A DNA stretch of 32,000 nt from the NCBI RefSeq assembly GCF_001462395.1, contig NZ_LNTB01000001.1, positions 990,001-1,022,000 on the forward strand. Reading direction: 5' to 3'. Below, in pieces: positions 26,650 through 32,000 of the stretch; position 1 is the stretch's first letter, and each line of letters starts with the position of its first letter. Below the pieces are notes generated by a model, which saw nothing but the letters and a program-made list of their open reading frames with translations, ran no database searches and was not told the origin of the DNA. The stretch comes from Pyrodictium occultum. Lineage in GTDB: Archaea > Thermoproteota > Thermoprotei_A > Sulfolobales > Pyrodictiaceae. Position numbers and translations under genes: made by a program.

Positions 26650-28236
26650 GTGCGCTATAACGTATGCGAGTTGCTCGCGAATGCGCTTAAAACGACGCGT
26701 GCGATAGGCGTTGATGCACTTAATAGTAGCCAGAGGAGGGCAGTCAGTATTATCGAGGAAATCTTCAGAGGTAGGGCCAAGGCGCCTTTAGCGGGGATTC
26801 AGGGGCCCCCGGGCACGGGGAAGACGAGTGTGGTCGAGGCATTCGCGAAGGACTACGTGGCTGACTGGATCGGGGATCACGTTGGCGAGGTAATAATTTA
26901 CGTGGCTCCCACAAACCACCTGGCGGCCCAGGCGTTTGAGCGTGTTGCCTCAGCTCTCCTAGCCCGCGGCTACACGTTAAGAGATATAATTAGCATGGTT
27001 AGAGTTTACGGGTCCAAGATAACGGTCAAGGATTGCGGCAAGGTGCTGAAGTCTCTGACCGGTAAGAGTGGAGGGCTCAGCGAGGAATTGCTAAAGGATA
27101 TTACTTACGGCCCGGTGGATCCCCACATTGTTAGGATAGTATTTACTACCGAGTACCAGAGGGTTAGCGGCAGATTCACCTCTAAACCCGAGCGAGTCCA
27201 CCTGATAGTCGACGAGGCCAGCAAGACGCCATTCTATAGGCCCTTCATAACCATAGTTGACAGTATAATGAGGTACAAGGACTACGCGGCGTCAATGTCC
27301 GTTCTAGGGGATCCGGAGCAGGCTATAACGATCCCCGAAGTCTTTAGGTTGCGCTCTGTTGACCTGCTCATGGACAAGGTCATGCGGTTGCTAAAGAAAA
27401 ACGATTTAATGAAGAGCAACTTCGTAATGCTGGATACAACCTACAGACTGCCGGGTCCCAGCGAGAAGCCGATAAGCCATGGATTCTATGATGACAAGCT
27501 ACAAGCTTTTATGCCTGCTAAGCAGAGATTGAAAGATTTAAGAGACCTATTTATAGATTTAGCAGGTAAGGTAAGATCCAAGCTTGAAATAGAGGCCTCC
27601 TGGGGTTCGCGGATGGATAGACTATTCGGCGCAATATACAATGCGGCGTCTTCAGGAGTCCCGCTTGTTGTTGTTGAAACCCCTAAATTTAGGGGAGAGT
27701 CTTACGCTTCAACCTATGACGCGGAGAGGGCAAGGCTCGCGTTGCACGCATCACTGATATTCGGGTTGTACGCTAGACTCGCCAGGGAAACAGGTGAATA
27801 CCCGATACCATCCATTATGGCTATAGCGCCGTACAGTGATATTGAGGCTAACATAGCATTCAACTTCAAGAGGCTCTATGGCAACATAGCGGAGCCCCCG
27901 ATGTCGGCAACCGTTCACGCGGTGATAGGTGGAGAGGCAGATATAGTAGTGTCGGTTCTTGGAAAGGAGTACGACACGGCGCGCGGGGGATATGTTGGGA
28001 GCGATGACTTGTACAGTACGGTATACTACAACGAGCCTCAAGTCTTGAATGTGCAGCTGAGCAGGCACTACAGGATGATGGTGGTAATAGGGTCCACGAG
28101 ACAGCTGGCGTCTGCGCATTCCTACAGGACCCGGGGACGGGGTGTAAGGGAGGTAGGGAAGATTGCACGGACAGCTAGTATGATGAAGAGGCTCGTGGAT
28201 GACGGTAAAGCCATCGAAATACCGATTGAATATTAA
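26650..28236 (+). CDS. SF1B helicase, Upf1/Dna2-like family, 528 aa
   Basis: Motifs are LNSSQRRAV; I GPPGTGKT (26803-26826); Ia VAPTNHLAAQAFERV; II LIVDEASK; III VLGDPEQ; IV LDTTYRLPGP; V ATVHAVIGGEADIVVSV; and VI LNVQLSRHYRMMVVIG. The GTG start is 21 nt after the nuclease stop and preceded by ggggtgaagg. This gene has the lowest G+C in the window; for example, 27481-27540 is 22/60 G+C. Confidence 0.88.
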   Translation: MRYNVCELLANALKTTRAIGVDALNSSQRRAVSIIEEIFRGRAKAPLAGIQGPPGTGKTSVVEAFAKDYVADWIGDHVGEVIIYVAPTNHLAAQAFERVASALLARGYTLRDIISMVRVYGSKITVKDCGKVLKSLTGKSGGLSEELLKDITYGPVDPHIVRIVFTTEYQRVSGRFTSKPERVHLIVDEASKTPFYRPFITIVDSIMRYKDYAASMSVLGDPEQAITIPEVFRLRSVDLLMDKVMRLLKKNDLMKSNFVMLDTTYRLPGPSEKPISHGFYDDKLQAFMPAKQRLKDLRDLFIDLAGKVRSKLEIEASWGSRMDRLFGAIYNAASSGVPLVVVETPKFRGESYASTYDAERARLALHASLIFGLYARLARETGEYPIPSIMAIAPYSDIEANIAFNFKRLYGNIAEPPMSATVHAVIGGEADIVVSVLGKEYDTARGGYVGSDDLYSTVYYNEPQVLNVQLSRHYRMMVVIGSTRQLASAHSYRTRGRGVREVGKIARTASMMKRLVDDGKAIEIPIEY

Positions 28237-28567
28237 TTATCGGTTGTCCGGAAACACGCCCTGAAGGGGGTAGGGTGGAGTATTGGTAACTCTCTTCAGC
28301 TGGGGCTAAGATGGGCCTCCTATTCTGGATTAAGCTACTTTAACTTTGCCAGGAGGTACTCGGGCCTTGCGGAGTGGCCGTGTTTGGGTGGAATGTACTC
28401 CCTTGACGCCCTTGAGTTTGGGTTTGTAGCGGTAGACGCCTGGCCTTGCTGCTTCGTTGTAAACCCTTCTCTATTACCAGGCTCTAGGATCCCGTTCCTG
28501 AGCCTGTACCTCCCCTCTGCCACGGGCTTGTGCTAGCACCGTCGAGCCTGCCAAAGCAACCAACCCC
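28237..28567. other. Non-coding or degraded junction between the helicase gene and the livG stop
   Basis: It contains only a 62-aa ORF of implausible composition. Two minus-strand frames give short protein-like stretches (AEGRYRLRNGILEPG; VYNEAARPGVYRYKPKLKGVKGVH) broken by stops. Confidence 0.4.
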
Positions 28568-29338
28568 CTAGACCGAGCCTAGGTAGGCGTCGAGCACGCG
28601 CGGGTCCTCGGCCACCTTCTCCGGCGGCCCCTCGGTGAGGACGCGGCCCTCGTGCATGACTATGACGCGTTCTACGTGGTTGAAGAGCACCTCGAGCCTA
28701 TGCTCTATAACGAATATTGTCAAGCCCTCCCGGTTGAGCCTCTCGAGTACCTTGAACAGGTCCTGGGCCAGCCTAGGCGCTACGCCGGCGGTCGGCTCGT
28801 CGAGGAGGAGGACGCGGGCCTCACCCATCAACGCCCTCGATATATCTGTAAGCTTCATCTGGCCGCCGCTAAGCTCCGAGGCGCGGTTAAGCGCCACCCT
28901 AGCCAGCGAGAGGCGGTGCAGCACATCCACAACCCGCTTAGCCAGGCTACTACGCTCCCAGCTCAGCCACTCGCTCCTCCTCAGCAGCGCTGCAAGAGGG
29001 CCGGAGCCCTTCCTATCACGTGCAGCCGTGGCGTCATTCTCCACAACGGTCATCCTGTGCCAGAGGCGGGGCACCTGGAAGCCCCGGACCAGGCCCAGCC
29101 GGTAGAGCTCATGGGGCGGGAGCCCGGTGACTTTCTCGCCGTAGAGGTATACGTCGCCCTTATCCGGGCGATAAATCCCCGAGATCACGTTGAAGAGCGT
29201 GGTCTTACCGCTGCCATTGGGCCCTATCAGCCCGACAAACTCACCATCCCGGATGGATATAGAGACGCCGTCCAGCGCTCGGATGCCGCCGAACCGTTTG
29301 TGGAGATCAACGGTCCTGAGCGCCTCGACACCCGCCAA
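28568..29338 (-). CDS. livG: Branched-chain amino-acid ABC transporter ATP-binding protein (LivG type)
   Basis: Walker A GPNGSGKTT, GLVRGFQVPRLWHRMTVVEN, signature LSGGQMKL, Walker B LLLDEP and a LivG-type C-terminus DPRVLDAYLG. The TTG start is preceded by gggaggt. Confidence 0.93.
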   Translation of the reverse strand: MAGVEALRTVDLHKRFGGIRALDGVSISIRDGEFVGLIGPNGSGKTTLFNVISGIYRPDKGDVYLYGEKVTGLPPHELYRLGLVRGFQVPRLWHRMTVVENDATAARDRKGSGPLAALLRRSEWLSWERSSLAKRVVDVLHRLSLARVALNRASELSGGQMKLTDISRALMGEARVLLLDEPTAGVAPRLAQDLFKVLERLNREGLTIFVIEHRLEVLFNHVERVIVMHEGRVLTEGPPEKVAEDPRVLDAYLGSV

Positions 29339-29616
29339 CTCCGTGGTACCTCCCAGGGACTGCTATGCCACGAGCCCCTTTGCAGCGACGCAAAACCCCG
29401 GGGGAGCCGCCGGGGGCTCCTCCGGGGGATCACAGCATGAGCCAGGGCAGGGGGCGGAGCACCGGGGGGATGTAAGAGGGCTCAGCCGGAGCCAGGGGCG
29501 GTGGGGATCCGGGGACACGCACCAGTATCGGTGTAAATAAGGGCTTCCCGTCACGGGCGCTAAGCTGACGAGCAGGACGCTGGGAAGAAAGGGAAGGCCT
29601 AAAGAGACAATTGGCT

Positions 29617-29638
29617 GGCAGGTGGAAAAAGGCCTGCC
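29617..29638 (-). promoter_or_regulatory. Stem-loop (ggcagg-N10-cctgcc) immediately downstream of the SBP gene stop
   Basis: A 6-bp GC stem whose minus-strand loop contains TTTTT. It begins 9 nt after the SBP stop codon and lies inside a 308-bp intra-operon spacer. Confidence 0.3.
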
Positions 29639-29646
29639 GGGGGCCT

Positions 29647-31023
29647 TCAAGCCGTGGGCTTCTGATACCACTCAGCGCTGTCGGTGGAGCCGTGCCAGAC
29701 ACCTATCTCCACGAACTTGCCGTCCTTCACGGCGAGTATCGAGTAGTCTGCTAGGGCCGCGTCACCGTTCTTGTCCAGCATCTTGTGGCCCGTAGCGCCC
29801 ATGAAGTGGAACGCCACGGTCGGCAGTACCGCCTTGATAGCCCTGCCGTCGTACGTGCCCGCTGTCAGCACGCTAAGCATGGCTATCCATGTAGCGTCGT
29901 AGGTGTAGTAGGCGTAGGTGGTTGGCGCCTCACCGTACTTCTGCTTATACAGCTCCTCGAAGTGCTTGGCCACCGGGTTCTTCGGTATGGCGGGCGCCGT
30001 TGCTATGAAGTGCACCCCCTCCAGGAACTTCGCTATCTCGGGCTTCTCGAGGAACGTCTTGCGGGCCATGCTGTCGGAGCCGAACCACTGCACCCGGCTC
30101 AGTATCGGCGTCTTGGCGGCCTGCTCCAGTATCTTCGTGCCATCGTTGTCGAATGCTATTATCAGTACGGCGGTATGCTCATCGGCGCCGAACTGCTCCA
30201 CCTTGACTGCGAGCTGGTTGACCTCGTTGGTTAGATCGGGCTTATCGGGCTGGTAGAGTATCTCCTCCACTGTGCCGCCGAGCTTCTCGAAGGTCTGCTT
30301 CACCAGCTCTGCGAGGCCGCGGCCGTAGTCATCGTTGCGAGCTATTATTACCAGCTTCGTGTAGCCCAGGCTGTGTATCAGCTTGGCTAGCACGGGGCCC
30401 TGGACGACATCGGGTGGTGCTGCGCGGAACACATAGTCATCGGGGAAGGCGGCGGCCTTACCAGTGCTGCTGGGGCTTATTACCACTATGTGGAGCTGGT
30501 TGGCTATAGGCATCACTGCCCTGGTCTCGCTCGTGGATAGGGGGCCTACGACTATCTGTATACCCTCGCTGGCGAACCTCTTTATCACGTTCACGGCCTC
30601 CTGGGGGTCAGCCTTGGTGTCCTCGTGTATTGGCTTGAACCTGTAGGGTGAGCCGGCCTGCTCCAGGAGCTTGTTCATCTCCTCTATCGCCAGCAGGGCT
30701 GCCTTGAGCCTCCTGGGGCCGTCCACCGCGTAGCCGCCGCTAACAGCTATGGCGAGGCCTATGGGGATCTCCTTGGGGAGGCCCTTAGCGGTGCCGGTGG
30801 CCTGCATAGTGCTCGTCGTGTGCGTCACAGTGGCCGTGGTGGTGGGCTGCGCCGGCTGCGTTGCAGTCTGTGTTACAGTAGCAGCCGGTGCTGGTGACGG
30901 TGTTCCTGTGGATGGATGCCCGCCCGATGTGGCTGCCAGGTAGGCCGCGATGGCCACTATTATTACAGCTATTGCTATACCCGCTACAGCTATACCCGCT
31001 ACACGTGCACCCGTGCCGGCCAC
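29647..31023 (-). CDS. livJ: Branched-chain amino-acid ABC transporter substrate-binding protein (LivJ/K family), membrane-anchored with a Thr-rich linker
   Basis: The N-terminal TM helix (IAVAGIAIAVIIVAIAAYLA) is followed by a Thr/Pro/Ala-rich linker (TVTQTATQPAQPTTTATVTHTTST). A type I periplasmic binding fold follows (IPIGLAIAVSGGYA...VGPLSTSET...). The start is GTG. Confidence 0.9.
   Translation of the reverse strand: MAGTGARVAGIAVAGIAIAVIIVAIAAYLAATSGGHPSTGTPSPAPAATVTQTATQPAQPTTTATVTHTTSTMQATGTAKGLPKEIPIGLAIAVSGGYAVDGPRRLKAALLAIEEMNKLLEQAGSPYRFKPIHEDTKADPQEAVNVIKRFASEGIQIVVGPLSTSETRAVMPIANQLHIVVISPSSTGKAAAFPDDYVFRAAPPDVVQGPVLAKLIHSLGYTKLVIIARNDDYGRGLAELVKQTFEKLGGTVEEILYQPDKPDLTNEVNQLAVKVEQFGADEHTAVLIIAFDNDGTKILEQAAKTPILSRVQWFGSDSMARKTFLEKPEIAKFLEGVHFIATAPAIPKNPVAKHFEELYKQKYGEAPTTYAYYTYDATWIAMLSVLTAGTYDGRAIKAVLPTVAFHFMGATGHKMLDKNGDAALADYSILAVKDGKFVEIGVWHGSTDSAEWYQKPTA
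30974..31003. repeat. Perfect 15-bp tandem duplication (gctatacccgctaca x2) inside the SBP membrane anchor
   Basis: Read directly from the sequence. It encodes the duplicated VAGIA-VAGIA in the TM segment. Confidence 0.9.
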
Positions 31024-31192
31024 GACGGAGCACCCCTGCCCGGGAAGGGCTCTCTACGGCTCTCCTGCGGCCCAGCCCCCGGCTCCAGGCCGGCAGCAGA
31101 CCCGGGGCGTAGAGGACCGGGAACGCGCCTGGAGCCAGGGCTAGGCCGTATTGGAGCTAAGACCGCGCGGATGAAGGCAGCAACTAGTTCGG

Positions 31193-31208
31193 TATAAAAA
31201 TATTTTTG
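31193..31208. promoter_or_regulatory. AT-rich palindrome (tataaaaatatttttg): candidate terminator for htpX and/or TATA box for the liv operon
   Basis: The palindrome aaaaatattttt is at 31196-31207. It lies 45 nt downstream of the htpX stop and ~170 nt upstream of the SBP start. It is the only AT-rich element in this spacer. Confidence 0.35.
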
Positions 31209-31251
31209 TTGATCAAACGTGCGCCGGGACCAGGCCTAGAGGCGCGGGGCG

Positions 31252-32000
31252 CTAGCGAGCGGCGGCCGCTAGGCTGTCTAGGAAGCGGAGCCTCTTGGGC
31301 ACCGGCGGGTGGTCGCTGAGCACCTCCTCCGCGGGGTTCACAGGCTCGCGCTTGAGGCTCTCAACCACCTCGTCTATGTCGCCGGCGAGGCCCCCGGCCC
31401 AGCCGCTGTAGAAGGGGCTGGCAGCGGCGTCCAGGAGAGCGTATATGAATAGTGCCTTGAGGCTGCTCTTCTCCACCATCTCCCGGGCGCCGCCTCCGCG
31501 GTAGTAGAGGTGGAGCCTTGCCAGCGCCCTCTGCATCGGCCTCACGCCAGCCACCGAGGCGCCGTGGGAGTCGGCGTAGTACTCGCGGAGCCTGCTGAAG
31601 GCGAGCACGGCCACCTGCATGACGAAGCTGAGCGCCACGCCCAGTACCCCTAGGAGGGCTAGGTAGAGGCCGCTCCCGCCCTCCTCCCTGTCCCTGCCGC
31701 CGGCGGCGCCGGCCCAGAGCCCGGCGCGTATAAGCCAGACCCCAAGGTAGTATAGGATGCTCGGCACGAGGCCGAGCAGCATTATGACCACCGTGTCCCG
31801 GTGCCGGTGGTGGCCCAGCTCGTGGCCCACCACGGCCAGCAGCTCGTCGCGGGGCAGCATCTCGTATAGGCTCCTGGTGACCGCCACGTAGCGGCCCGAG
31901 AGGAAGTTGCCGTATGCAAAGGCGTTAGGCGGCCCCTCCACCAGCACGGCCTTCGGGGGCTTCATCCCGGCCCGGGCGGCCGCCTCGTCGACTATCTCCT
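31252..32000 (-). CDS. htpX: M48-family Zn metalloprotease (HtpX-like). The 5' end lies outside the window.
   Basis: PNAFAYG and HELGHHRHRD (HExxH) are present, with TM helices and a C-terminal SDHPPVPKRL. The reading frame stays open upstream of the track ATG (..EIVDEAAARAGMKPP..) to the window edge. Confidence 0.88.
   Translation of the reverse strand, partial: EIVDEAAARAGMKPPKAVLVEGPPNAFAYGNFLSGRYVAVTRSLYEMLPRDELLAVVGHELGHHRHRDTVVIMLLGLVPSILYYLGVWLIRAGLWAGAAGGRDREEGGSGLYLALLGVLGVALSFVMQVAVLAFSRLREYYADSHGASVAGVRPMQRALARLHLYYRGGGAREMVEKSSLKALFIYALLDAAASPFYSGWAGGLAGDIDEVVESLKREPVNPAEEVLSDHPPVPKRLRFLDSLAAAAR

Larger units (their letters stand above)
17003..28567. other. ~11.5 kb insertion (genomic/defence island) separating livG from livF
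   Basis: livG (stop at 28568) and livF (start at 16990/17002) normally sit adjacent in one operon. The interval instead holds a gene fragment, two DNA methylases, an ATPase, a nuclease and a helicase. From ~18.87 kb to 28.5 kb, G+C is visibly lower than in the flanks. Confidence 0.7.

Noticed and set aside
28335-28523. 62-aa minus-strand ORF (MAEGRYRLRNG...) as a real gene
   Set aside because: Its composition is polar and unstructured, with no start context and no motifs. Neighbouring frames look equally protein-like, so I treat it as degraded sequence rather than a CDS.
29396-29520. Potential G-quadruplex-forming G-runs in the livJ-livG spacer
   Set aside because: The loops between G3+ tracts mostly exceed 7 nt. 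The G-runs are on the non-transcribed strand, and such runs are expected by chance in very GC-rich DNA.
30785-31197. ORFs 30785-31033, 30888-31112, 30916-31197 and 30950-31144 around the SBP start and upstream spacer
   Set aside because: They are overlapping alternative frames with Cys/His/Gly or Pro/Arg-rich composition. They partly derive from the tandem repeat and the Thr-linker coding region.
1-32000. CRISPR arrays, tRNA/rRNA genes, IS elements, integrases
   Set aside because: Visual scanning of intergenic regions found no spaced direct repeats, no T-loop/acceptor-like sequences, no terminal inverted repeats and no recombinase motifs. tRNAscan or Infernal would be needed to exclude small RNAs definitively.

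Overview
High-GC archaeal chromosomal segment, Crenarchaeota/Thermoprotei-like. The archaeal assignment rests on A-type ATP synthase genes, ribosomal protein eS26, archaeal DTD2, TrmY, TATA-box promoters and frequent GTG/TTG starts. All family calls come from motif recognition by eye; no database search was run.

Left third (1-7.9 kb): A1Ao ATP synthase cluster. atpI is divergent from atpF-E-A-B-D, and atpK is displaced behind an opposite-strand dtdA.

Middle (8-14 kb): housekeeping genes, namely proS, a class I SAM methyltransferase, trmY, rps26e, a SAMHD1-like HD phosphohydrolase and tatA.

Right half (14.2-31 kb): a minus-strand branched-chain amino-acid ABC transporter operon (SBP-livG-livF-livH-livM). 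It is physically split between livG and livF by an ~11.5 kb insertion at 17003-28567.

The insertion is the most interesting content. It carries:
- a truncated, frameshifted aspS pseudogene butted against livF;
- a high-GC stand-alone DNA methylase;
- a visibly lower-GC block with two divergent operons. Leftward is a DUF1156-type DNA methylase followed by a DUF499/BrxC-like P-loop ATPase. Rightward is a Cas4/RecB-like PD-(D/E)xK nuclease protein followed by an Upf1/Dna2-like SF1B helicase.

I read the lower-GC block as a methylation-associated (BREX-like core) defence system whose effector is a split Dna2-like nuclease-helicase, a combination I do not recognise as described. No integrase, transposase, tRNA, rRNA or CRISPR array was found. 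Many long ORFs in the six-frame track are antisense artefacts of high GC.
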